Source: Octopus vulgaris
Taxonomy: Eukaryota
Length of the DNA: 64,000 nucleotides
Reading direction: 5' to 3'
Assembly (NCBI GenBank): GCA_951406725.2
Contig: OX597827.1
Location: 68,014,001 to 68,078,000 of the forward strand
A model generated the notes under the pieces. That model worked only from the letters and a program-made list of their open reading frames with translations. It did no database searches and was not told the DNA's origin. The position numbers and the translations under genes were made by a program. Every line of letters begins with the position of its first letter. Position 1 is the stretch's first letter. Shown here piece after piece: positions 1 through 11,273 of the stretch.

Positions 1-55
1 TATGTATGTATACGTTTAGGTATCTATGTATCTGCGTATGTATTCATACATTCTG

Positions 56-142
56 CTGCCGCTGCTGCTGCTGCTTCATCTATAATGGATGGCAATTTTG
101 TTGTTGTTGTTGTTGTTCTTCTTCTTCTTCTTCTTCTTCTTC

Positions 143-211
<69 letters not shown>

Positions 212-243
212 GCATTGTTGTTGTTGTTGTTATTATTATTATT
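56..243. repeat. Compound trinucleotide microsatellite (GCT/GTT/CTT/ATT)
   Basis: Directly visible arrays. Confidence 0.95.
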
Positions 244-780
244 GAGTGAGAGAGCAGTGCATGCCATCAAAGTGACGCTGGGGTAAAATATACGAAGCCC
301 AGTATACCCATCATGACTACCCGTCTGATAAGAGTACACCAGCTACATGCATCACAACCATATGTGCGCGACATGGTGATCTCATATCAAGATAAACAAC
401 GCATGACCTTGCGGGTGGGGCCCAATTTTGAAATTTCTTCAGGTCGAGTAGGCCATCCTGCTCAAAAGGTCCCTGAATGAGGGTTTTTTAAGGATGACGA
501 ATAAAACACCCATGTTTCCAGAAGTGAATTATCCAAACCCCAAACAATTCCTCTCAACACATGGCTATGATGCTCCCCCACTACTTCTGCTCGTGATCAG
601 AGATGTACATATCGTCAGCCACTAAGGGACATGGTCAACTGGTTATGGTCAAACAACTGACTGGAATTGAGCAGAATATTTGCTGTAGCCCATCTTTTAT
701 ACCAAGACAAAACAATGTATATGATAACACTTCCAATCAGTTAAGATCAGAAGCCACGGGAGCCAATGCCTGGTACTGCA
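244..780. mobile_element. ~535-bp complex non-coding segment embedded between (ATT)n arrays; probable retroelement UTR or non-autonomous element
   Basis: Sharp boundaries against TAA-type arrays on both sides; no convincing ORF; class not determined. Confidence 0.4.
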
Positions 781-802
781 ATCATCATCATCATCATCAT
801 CA

Positions 803-866
<64 letters not shown>

Positions 867-880
867 CATTATCATCATCA

Positions 881-936
<56 letters not shown>
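781..936. repeat. (CAT)n/(TAT)n microsatellite; 3' tail or target of the R4 element
   Basis: Directly visible. Confidence 0.95.
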
Positions 937-939
<3 letters not shown>

Positions 940-2249
940 TAGTTTTATTTTTATAGCGTGCTTTCACTTCACTACCGAGCGCAGCTCTGTGTGCCTTGGG
1001 TATGTGCTGTGATTTGTTGTGATGCTCTGATGGTTATTGTATGGAAAGTGTTCTGCGTAGGATGTGTGCAGTGCCTAGTAGTGCAATTTTCTGTATGTTA
1101 TATGTGTTTGTAAGTCCTGGTGTTTTTGTTATGTATTTGTCTGAATATTTTTTTATCATGCCTAATGCACCTACTATGATAGGAATTGTTTCTGTTTTCA
1201 GATTCCACATTCTAGTTACCTCTATTTCCAGGTCTTTGTATTTTGAGAGTTTCTCCATTTCTTTTAGAGACACGTTGTCATCTGCCGGTATTGATACATC
1301 AATTAGAAAGCATTTTTTTTCTTCATGATCTCTGACAACTATATCTGGTCTGTTGGCCTTAATTTCTCTATCTGTGTGTATCGGCATATCCCAGAGTATG
1401 GTTGCTTTCTCGTTTTCTGTGACCTTTTCTGCTGTGTGCCTATACCATCTTTTTTCTGTTGTTATTCCATAATGTTGGCATAGCTTCCAATGTATGTAGG
1501 TTCCAACTCTGTCATGTCTGTGAATATATTCCTTCTTAGCCAGGACTGGGCAGCTAGAGATAATATGATTTATTGTTTCTTGTCCATCTCCACATATTCT
1601 GCAGTTACTTGTAATATTTCTTTTCATTACATGTTTTTGGTAATTTCTGGTGGGGAGGCTTTGGTCTTGTGCTGCAATTAAAAATCCCTCTGTTTCTGCT
1701 TTGAGTCCTGAGCTTCTCAACCATTGCTGGGATTTTTCTTTGTCTATTTCTTTTGCGTTTAGTTTAGTGCAGTATTTACCATGAAGGGGCTTTTCTTGCC
1801 ATCGTTTTATCATGGTTCGTTGCTGTTCTATTTTTAGTTTGGATTTCATTTGTTTTATAGCTTTTGTTGTTTCTTCATCATCTTCTTCTTCTTCTTCGTG
1901 TTTATTAGGTGGTATGATTTCTTGTTTGTATTTGTCAGCTTCCTTAAATACTGAGAACAGTTTTTTGTTTTGCTCGTGTTTTGCTGCTATCTGGATCAGT
2001 TTTCCTTCCTTCTGAAGTAGATATTTTTGCAGTCCTATGGTGGTTATTTTATAGTAGTTTTCCAGCTGTATAAGGCCTCTACCACCTTCTATACGTTGTA
2101 TATATAGTCTTTCTATGTCAGATTTTGGGTGATGCATCCTAGATCCTGTCAGTATTTTCTTGTTTTCCTATCTATTTTGGACAGTTCATTTCGTGTCCAG
2201 TTAAGGATATTAATCTTTCGATGCATCACCCAAAATCTGACATAGAAAG

Positions 2250-2250
<1 letters not shown>
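937..2250 (-). mobile_element. 5'-truncated R4/Dong-clade non-LTR retrotransposon (restriction-like endonuclease type)
   Basis: ORF 1034-2137, ~97-nt 3' UTR running into (TAA)n, 5' junction also in (TAA)n; upstream NILNWTRNELSKIDRKTRK joins ILTGSRMHHPK across a 1-nt frameshift near 2155. Confidence 0.92.
1034..2137 (-). CDS. C-terminal part of R4/Dong polyprotein: RT thumb region, CCHC zinc knuckle, PD-(D/E)xK endonuclease
   Basis: HHPKSDIERLYIQRIEGGRGL; CRICGDGQETINHIISSC; RHD; RPDIVV...FLIDVSIP...EKLSKYKDL; PIIVGALG; 367 aa without stops; start Met is internal. Confidence 0.92.
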   Translation of the reverse strand: MHHPKSDIERLYIQRIEGGRGLIQLENYYKITTIGLQKYLLQKEGKLIQIAAKHEQNKKLFSVFKEADKYKQEIIPPNKHEEEEEDDEETTKAIKQMKSKLKIEQQRTMIKRWQEKPLHGKYCTKLNAKEIDKEKSQQWLRSSGLKAETEGFLIAAQDQSLPTRNYQKHVMKRNITSNCRICGDGQETINHIISSCPVLAKKEYIHRHDRVGTYIHWKLCQHYGITTEKRWYRHTAEKVTENEKATILWDMPIHTDREIKANRPDIVVRDHEEKKCFLIDVSIPADDNVSLKEMEKLSKYKDLEIEVTRMWNLKTETIPIIVGALGMIKKYSDKYITKTPGLTNTYNIQKIALLGTAHILRRTLSIQ

Positions 2251-2321
<71 letters not shown>

Positions 2322-2689
2322 ATTATTATTATTATTTTGTAGGTCTATTTTTATTCATTTATTTATGTTTATTGTTTATGCACCTCATTGTGGCCTCCTT
2401 TCTCTTTGACAATGACAGATGGGTGTAAAACACACGGTTTTAGCTGACAAACTTGCTGCACTCATACGGTTTATTGGAGTACATTGCGAGTGTTCTTTGA
2501 TGTTGAACCACAGCAGAGAAGAGAACACGGGCCACTCCGGGTGACAACACCATCACAATGATATAGCCTATCCTCTTTATTTTTACTCTTTGCTCCCTTC
2601 CCCTCTCTCTCTCTCTCTCTTTCTCTCTCAGACGCTTACTCATTTTATTTTTACGTACATTCATGTGTATGTACATATATATATGTATC

Positions 2690-2750
<61 letters not shown>

Positions 2751-2776
2751 TTGTGTGTGTGTGTGTCGTTATATAC

Positions 2777-2838
<62 letters not shown>

Positions 2839-2859
2839 CATAATTTATTTCAAGTGAAA

Positions 2860-3063
2860 TAATAACAACAACAACAACAACAACAGCATCGAAAAATACC
2901 TTAGGAATGAGAACCCAGGTTCGAAATTTCCCCAACACTGAAGGCTGGAGGGTATATCAGCCGAAACGTTGTGTTAACAACAAACAAGATGAGGACAAAT
3001 ATCCGTCGAATGTAAATAATGTAAATAATGTAAATAATTCCTCATCTCTTAAATATAGAACTG
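2860..3063 (+). mobile_element. Tail module of the hammerhead-bearing SINE-like family (ribozyme core partly deleted)
   Basis: Near-identical to 14535-14690; ggctg-gagggtatat-cagcc-GAAACGTT-gtgtt intact, CTGATGA reduced to ctga. Confidence 0.75.
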
Positions 3064-3631
3064 AACTCACAGCAGTTTCCTCGTTGAGGCTTTATTTCTC
3101 TTGTATAAAAAAAATCTATTGGAAACTGTTTCCAGTTATCGATCTCCAATGAATTTATGTTTAACGCCTACAATGCGGGTTTTTCCTGTTCTCTTATGAT
3201 GTTATACGACCGAGAATTTTACACTTTAAGCTTTCGTGAAATCTAAACATTACATGATTTGTATCTTATCATTTATTTATCTTTTACAACAACACTGGTT
3301 GTCAAGTGACTGGGGATATCTCTCAACATATCATTCTATGTACGAAGTCTCTGCTTTTTTTGTTTCTTCCGTTATATATTTTCTATTCCGTTCTTTTCAT
3401 TACCGTTCGTTCTGCAGACCTCACAGTTCCTTGTAATTGCACTTGTCATGTTTTATTGTTTTTCAGTCCATTATTATCTAGCATGTACGCTCATTTATAA
3501 CCCAATAGCTTAGGTTGTCCACATCGTCAGGTTGAAGAATATTACTGGAAGATGTCGAAATTGTAATGGTATTTGGTCGACAGCAGATGATGGACTTTAG
3601 CATATCTGCAGCTTTGTTTTTCTATGTTTTC

Positions 3632-3770
<139 letters not shown>

Positions 3771-3832
3771 CCAGGGAAAGCACATAAATGGGCAACATGA
3801 TGGGGGAAAATAGAACTAGAATAATTAAATAA

Positions 3833-3989
3833 TTAAAGCTGCAAAAACATCACAAAAATATCATAAAAAACTGTTACTCAGAATTTCAGGTTTCCGTTCA
3901 TCAGACAATTTTGACTGTCCGACAAACGGGGCTGTGAAACTCTGAGTTGCAGTTGTTGTCATCTTTCTTTGTTGTTTTCGCAGCTTTAA
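3833..3989. mobile_element. Penelope-like terminal-repeat fragment: inverted pair with two back-to-back degenerate hammerhead motifs
   Basis: Outer inverted repeat ttaaagctgc/gcagctttaa; minus motif 3871-3908 (CTGATGA...GAAA...GTA); plus motif 3914-3953; same family as 8513-8688. Confidence 0.6.
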
Positions 3990-4007
3990 TAATAATTAAG
4001 TATATAT

Positions 4008-4128
4008 AGGCACAAGAGTGGCTGTGTGGTAAGAAGCTTGCTTACCAATCGCATGGTTTCAGGTTCAGTCCCAATGCACAGCACCTTGGGCAAGTGTCTT
4101 CTACTATAGCCTCAGGCCAACCAAAGCT
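4008..4128 (+). mobile_element. SINE family A, 5' part (tRNA-like head plus CCTTGGGCAAG core)
   Basis: Matches heads at 15321, 22794 and 53822. Confidence 0.85.
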
Positions 4129-4129
4129 C

Positions 4130-4745
4130 AGTCCTCGTTGAAAAGGAGTCTATTATAACATATGACAGACTAGGGCAGTACATCCACTGGAATGCTTATA
4201 AATACTACAAAATAATATTTCATGATAAGTGGTACAGGCACCATCTAAAGGACGTAGTAAATGACGAGGGTGTCACCATCCTTTGGAACTTTCCAATACA
4301 AACAGACAGAAAAATTGACTCCAATCGACCAGACATTGTGATCAAGAAACTCGTCTGTTAATAGATCAAAATGTCTCAAGAAAAGAATACGAAAAGCTTT
4401 CACATTATAAAGATCTACAAATTGAAATCATAAAAATGTGGAAGCTTAGTACTATGATAACACCAGTAGTAATTGGTGCATTTGGAATGATAAAGAAGGG
4501 AGCTGAGAAGTATGTTAAGCAGCTCCCTGGTAATTTCAATCTCTGGGAACTACAAAAAGATAACCATGATGGGCATAGCCCATATACTATGGAAAGCACT
4601 CTCCATTTAAAATGTAAATACATGTGGTGTTCATTTTAGCATGCATAACAAAGCAAAAGTGCCCTTGCTACTCTTGGCCTCTGGAGGATGCCCGATACTA
4701 AAGCAGCTGAAATAGAGTTATAATGAAAAGAAATCATAAATAATA
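4130..4745 (+). pseudogene. Decayed 3' fragment of a second R4/Dong subfamily
   Basis: Translates YDRLGQYIHW...KWYRH...VTILWNFPIQTDRKIDSNRPDIVIK and EKLSHYKDLQIEIIKMWKL...PVVIGAFGMIKKG, homologous to ORF 1034-2137; frameshifted; ends in (TAA/CAA)n. Confidence 0.88.
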
Positions 4746-4756
4746 ATAATAACAAC

Positions 4757-4790
<34 letters not shown>

Positions 4791-4844
4791 ACAACAACAA
4801 CAACAATAATAATAATAATAATAATAAAAATATTAGTAATCATG

Positions 4845-5263
4845 ATTTCAAATTTTGTCACAAAGGCAACAATTTTGGGGACTAATCAATTACAACAGCC
4901 CACAGTGTTGAACTGGTACTTATTTTTTCGACCCCTAAAGGATGGAAGATAAAATCAAACTCAGATGTAACGATAGGCGAAATACCACTAAGCATTTCAT
5001 CCAGGGCACTAAAGGTTTTGCCAGCTCACTGCCTTAATAATAATGATAATAATAATAATAATTATTATTATTATTTCAAATAAGGGAAGTTTGGGAGAGG
5101 TGGGAATGAGTCGATTACAACGACCCCAATGTTCAACTGGTACTTATTTTATCAACCCCAAAAGTCAACCTCAGTAGAATTTGAACTCAGAACATAGCGA
5201 GAGGCGAAATACCGCTTAGCATTTCGCCCAGTGTGCTAAATGTTTTGCCAGTGCACTGCCTTA
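4845..5263 (-). mobile_element. Two diverged SINE family B copies
   Basis: Reverse complement similar to 20999-21230. Confidence 0.75.
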
Positions 5264-5272
5264 ATAATGATA

Positions 5273-5338
<66 letters not shown>

Positions 5339-5649
5339 TATTATAATAATAATAAATGTTATAATATCTCTCATTTTACAATATGCTCAAAGTACAATTA
5401 TAATTGGTTCTTTTCATATTTATATGCAAACATATAGATATATATATATGTATTCATATTGATGTATGTAAGCGCACATATACTCATATATACATGGGTA
5501 TACATATATATATATATATATACACACATATATATATATATGCACATCAATGTGGGTGCACTGCTTTCTTAGGTTTGTTTTAGCCATCAAGGTCAATTAG
5601 AGATAAGTATATGTATGTATATGTGCTTACAGACAGACATAGATAAATT

Positions 5650-5696
<47 letters not shown>

Positions 5697-5777
5697 GGCA
5701 CAATCATGAATCTTAGAACAATAATAGATATAATACACACATTAATACATACATACATACATACATACATACATACA

Positions 5778-5808
<31 letters not shown>

Positions 5809-5942
5809 TTGATGAATGGTGTGATACAGTGGCTGGAATTAGAAGGCCAAGAAGAAGTGCAGGATGGGCAAGACAGTGATATGATGAAAATGGATATGTT
5901 TTCTTGGAGGAAAATAGATTTGTATAATTCCTCTATTTTCAT

Positions 5943-5985
<43 letters not shown>

Positions 5986-6178
5986 ATCGTCATCAATCAT
6001 AATCATCACCATCAACATTGTTATGATTAATATTATTACTATTATCATTATTATTATTATAGCTGGCATGATAAGCATTTATTATCATTAGACATATATC
6101 ATCATTTTTATTATCTTCAATAATATTACTATTATTATTATTATTATTATTGCTATCATTATTATCATTCTTCTTCTT

Positions 6179-6209
<31 letters not shown>

Positions 6210-6230
6210 TTATTATTATTATTATTATTA

Positions 6231-6282
<52 letters not shown>

Positions 6283-6573
6283 CATTATTATTATTATTAT
6301 TATTACTACTACTATTATCATTATTATTGTGGTTTTTATTATTCTGATTATTATTCATTGTATTAAAAACAATGTTATTTTTATTGCATTTAGCATCAGC
6401 AGCAGCAGCGGCTCATGTGTGTCTGTATAGATATCATTTCCATATTGTTATTCGCATCATCATCATCACTATCATCATCAGCATCAAAACCATATTCAGT
6501 CTCATGTTACAGTTACTGAAATTAGGACAACAAAACAGTAATATATTCATATACATATATGTGTATGTGTGTG

Positions 6574-6627
<54 letters not shown>

Positions 6628-6735
6628 TATGTATACGTATATGTATATATATGTATATGTATATATATGTATATATATATATATATATACATACATACAC
6701 ACATTAATTCATATATACATATATACATATGTTCT

Positions 6736-7080
6736 TTTATTCATTATACTTTTATTTGTAGCCATGTTGGAACACTGCCTTTTGTTGGGCAAATCAGCCG
6801 CAAGGCTTATTCTTTGTAAGCCTAGTACTTATTCTATTGGTCTCTTTTGTCAAACTGTTAAGTTATGGAGACATAAATGCACCAGCATCGGTTGCCAAGT
6901 AATGTTGGGGAGCAGACAAATACACATAAACATATATACACACAAACATATATATATATATATGATGGGCTTCTTTCAGTTTCCGTCTACCAAATCCACT
7001 CACAAGGCTTTGGTTGGCCCGAGGCTATAGTAGAAGACATTTGCCCAAGGTGCCATGCATTGGGACTGAACCCGGAACTA
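6736..7080 (-). mobile_element. SINE family A (diverged)
   Basis: gggcttctttcagtttccgtctaccaaatccactcacaaggc block and tail motifs. Confidence 0.85.
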
Positions 7081-7464
7081 CTTTTAACACCAGCATGCTA
7101 AAAATAGTAGTCAAAATGACTCAAAACCACAGCTTTCACTTAATACACAAGGCCAAATTCAAAGGAATGAGCAGAAAATTTTAAGACCCCATACAATGGA
7201 TGAAAAGAATCAAAAATATAAATCAGATATATCCCTATCACAGTGATTTCAAACGTTATGAATGAGCATAAGAAAATGGAGGGCATCAATAGGTGGTATT
7301 CATAAACTTTTAGACATTATATTATGTCAATTTCTTTAGTTACTAAAAGGACAATTACAAGAATATACATACATGTATAACTTATTATGCTTTACATATA
7401 TAATATATAAAAATATCAGTATTTATTCAAATATATAACATTGAGCAATAGAAATTGAGATAAT

Positions 7465-7588
7465 ATCTTACAGCTGTTTCAGCCAAGAGGCAAAATTACA
7501 TCATTCTACCTTTATTCCTCCAGTAGACTGAAGTTATTAGTAGATGACATTGAGGTACTTGGGTGCTTCTCTAGGCTTCCTCAGAGAT
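7465..7588 (-). ncRNA. Type-I hammerhead ribozyme motif with extended stem II (PLE-associated)
   Basis: Minus strand: atct-CTGAGGA-agcc(t)agag...ctct(t)ggct-GAAA-CAGCTG-TA-agat; canonical core, palindromic stem III. Confidence 0.7.
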
Positions 7589-7931
7589 TTTGGAAAGTAC
7601 ATAAGGTTAAATTATAAATATAAATACACATATATATACATACTTTTACATCTACATACATATACATAAATATACAGAAATACATATACCTACACTTAAA
7701 TGAACATGCATATGTGCACATATATGCATACAAATGAATCATTTATTATTAGTAGTATTAGATGCTTTATATTATTCATATTAGATAAAATATAAACAGA
7801 GGTACAAGAAAGTTTTTATAAGAGCAGTAATATTGTAATTTATAAAATCAATATATCTTAAGATTATTTTAGTTATGTAAGAACGAAACTGTATATACAT
7901 GAGGAACACACATATATATACACACATACGC

Positions 7932-8231
7932 ATCATCATCATCATCATCATCATCGTTTAACGTCCGTTCTCCATGCTAGCATGGGTTGGACGGTTCGAC
8001 CGGGGATCTGGAATGCCAGAAGGCTGCACCAGGCTCCAGTCTTATCTGGCAGTGTTTCTACAGCTGGATGCCCTTCCTAACGCCAACCACTCCGTGAGTG
8101 TAGTGGGTGCTTTTTACGTGCCACCTGCACAGGTGCCAGGCGAGGCTGGCAACGGCCACGGTCGGATTGGTGTATTTTATGTGCCACCTGCACGGAAGCC
8201 AAACGAGGGGGTGCTGGCATCGGCCACGAGT

Positions 8232-8235
<4 letters not shown>
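7932..8235 (-). mobile_element. SINE-like family D with RTE-type 3' end and (GAT)n tail
   Basis: ggatgcccttcctaacgccaacc motif; homologous copies at 12612-12727 and 26482-26850. Confidence 0.75.
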
Positions 8236-8274
<39 letters not shown>

Positions 8275-8276
<2 letters not shown>

Positions 8277-8370
8277 TATGAGAGGGATAACCATTATGTG
8301 GACACCCTTATGCTAGAAGTAGATCTGCTATGGTCTTGGGCGTCCACATAGTGGTTAACCCTCTCATATG
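8275..8370. mobile_element. 96-bp MITE-like hairpin with 33-bp inverted arms in a TA context
   Basis: catatgagagggataaccattatgtggacaccc / gggcgtccacatagtggttaaccctctcatatg, 3 mismatches. Confidence 0.6.
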
Positions 8371-8475
8371 TATATAATACAATTTTACTGAACCTTCAGT
8401 TTTTTTATATGCTAGACCACTGGTGTGAATTTGATGTTAATTAAATTAATATCTAATTTCTCACCCTCATTTTTA

Positions 8476-8512
<37 letters not shown>

Positions 8513-8513
<1 letters not shown>

Positions 8514-8688
8514 CCGGAGTAAAAACATAAATGTGAAACAAGGTGGAAAAAAGAGTACTCAAATACCAGGGGTAGAGTAATATGCTTTATTTAAAAGCAG
8601 CAGAAACTCAACAAAACCTGTTACTCGGAGTTTCACGTTCCCGTTCGTCGGACAGGTTTTGTTGAATTTCTGCTGCTTTTAAATAAAG
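8513..8688 (-). mobile_element. Penelope-like terminal-repeat fragment with a hammerhead-like motif closed by a 37-bp inverted repeat
   Basis: Arms 8585-8621 and 8652-8688 (1 mismatch) enclose CCGACGA-acg-ggaa-cgt-GAAACT-ccg-AGTA; flanked by (TA)n; related copy at 27280-27407. Confidence 0.65.
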
Positions 8689-8769
<81 letters not shown>

Positions 8770-8858
8770 TATTTCCATACAAACATGCTCATAGGTACAT
8801 ACGTATTAGATGTGTTTTTGAAGGGAGGATTAATGCAGTAGTTTGTATCATATATATA

Positions 8859-8914
<56 letters not shown>

Positions 8915-9041
8915 AACATATATATACATATATATATACCTACACAAAATACACACAAGCCCTTTGCACGCATATATGTGTGTACGTTTATCCCTTTTTC
9001 ATATTCACACACAAACGCATACACACACACTTCCACCCTCA

Positions 9042-9085
<44 letters not shown>

Positions 9086-9274
9086 TCTCTCAGGTATGTG
9101 GGGAAAGGCTTGCTTGCTGTTCGGTCCGACTGTGTACTATTTCGGTCTACATATGTTGTAATCACGCCACTGTTACACGGTATTCTTTCCAAGGCAGCAA
9201 GCATCTGGTGTTGTGCCATCACCAGAAACGGCAGAGGTGAACTCTGGAGATTTCTGTATAGAGGCATCCACCAA

Positions 9275-9690
9275 ACACCTCCGCCACCAACCATCACCAC
9301 CACCACCACCACTACCACCACCACCACTATCGCCATCGCCACCAGTGCCGCAACCACCACCATTCTTACTTCCAATTCTTCCACTACGACGACAACCGCA
9401 CACCACCACTACCACCACCACCACCACCACCACCACCACCGCCACCACCACCATCGCCACCACCATTGCCATCACGACTATCATCACAACCACCGCCGGC
9501 TCTACTACAACCACTAACACCACCACCACTTCACAACCATCACCACCACCACTACCACTACCAACACCATCGCCAACACCATCACCATTGCCATCGCAAC
9601 TATCATCACAACCACCGCCAGCTCCCCCACCACCACCACTACCACCACCACTTCCACCACCATCACTACCACCACTACTACCACCACAGC
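9275..9690. repeat. Degenerate (CAC/CCA)n low-complexity tract
   Basis: Directly visible. Confidence 0.9.
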
Positions 9691-9710
9691 CAATTTCTCT
9701 TACTGTTTCC

Positions 9711-9747
<37 letters not shown>

Positions 9748-9862
9748 TCAATCTCGCAGCCATGTCTGTGCCTATATTTTAATCAAATTAAATTCATTTT
9801 GAAAGAGACTTTTAAGTTTCCCCTGATTGCTTATTCAACCTGATTGCAAAAACACAATCATA

Positions 9863-10120
9863 TAGGCACAGACATGGCTGTGCGATAAGAAGCTTGCTTC
9901 CCAACCACATGGTTCTGGGTTCAGTCCCACTGCATGGTAACTTGGGCATGTGTCTTCTACTATAGTCTCAGGCTGACCAACGCCTTGTGAGTAGATTTGG
10001 TAGACAGAAACTGAAAGAAGTCCATCGTATATATATATATGCCTATGTATGTGTTTGTGTGTCTGTGTTTGTGTGTTTGTGTTTGTCCTCCCACCATCGC
10101 CTGACAACCAATGTTGATGT
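9863..10120 (+). mobile_element. SINE family A, 3'-truncated
   Basis: Head, core and internal TA/TG tract. Confidence 0.85.
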
Positions 10121-10404
10121 ACTTTTGAAGGTATTTGAAGTTGCATCAAATCTATAAAGTGATACCCAAGCACTTATTTGTAGCACTTTATAGCATGAAC
10201 AGTTGCAAAGAATGAAGATCATTACATAAATTCTTCTCCACTTGTGTGCGAGTGAGTGTGTGTGTGTGCGCTCATGTTTATGTGTGTGTACATACATATA
10301 TACATGTATGCATATATGTATCTCTCTCTCTCTCTCTCTCTATCTATATATATATGTATATATATATATGTATGTATATATGTATGTATATATATATGTA
10401 TGTA

Positions 10405-10470
<66 letters not shown>

Positions 10471-10520
10471 TACATATATGCATAAATGTAAATATATATA
10501 TATATGTATGTATATATATA

Positions 10521-10677
10521 CGACTACAGCTGGCTATTACCAGTAAAGGTTTTAGTTGCCAATTTTGTACAAGACATTGTAGATCTTTAGCCGGGCTAAA
10601 AAGTCATGTTCGATCACAGCACCAGTAACAGTTAAGCTTCGTGCAATGGCCATACTCGATAACGAGGGGGTAGCCAT
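10521..10677 (+). mobile_element. 3' end of an RTE-clade LINE (C-terminal C2H2-like finger plus 3' UTR)
   Basis: FSCQFCTRHCRSLAGLKSHVRSQHQ* fits the CxxCxRxCxSxxGLxSHxR end of RTE ORFs; 3' UTR shared with 50331-50375. Confidence 0.75.
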
Positions 10678-11227
10678 AATATAGATATATACACACACAT
10701 GTATTTATAAATATATATATATATATACTCATATATACATGTACTTAGCAAGAATGTTGATTAAAATTCTCTACCCACCTATCTGATTGCTTGTTTAAAA
10801 TCACCTGATGTTAAACAGATTTTTGCCATAAAGTAATCAAATTATTCATTAATAAAATGCTACTGAAACAATTGTTGTGAATTCCTATACAGCATTTGTG
10901 TTCTTCTGTTATATATATATACATATGGACATAGACACATACAAATATGTGAATATGTGAATAACTATATGCTCATTCTGCTTGCATTCACAAATTAATT
11001 AACACACATACAATATACAAATGTGAATATTAAAAGCATTTTGTCGTCTGTGTTGTGTCCTCTACTGCTGATTAAAAGTTCATCTTTAGCTTCACTCACA
11101 CTCACACTCCACTCATACTTAACAATATGCTCATATTGGTTCAACATGTAGACACTTTATGTAATGGACAGGTTTTCTGTTGGACTAATATGCAGAGTGA
11201 ATATCGTGTATGTGTTCGTGAATGCAT

Positions 11228-11273
<46 letters not shown>

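Noticed and set aside
8848-9782. Pro/Thr/His/Gly-rich ORFs and the peptide [22 protein letters not shown] after acceptor 9093
   Set aside because: ORFs come from CAC repeats; the short peptide could be a terminal exon but is not recognisable and no upstream coding exon was found
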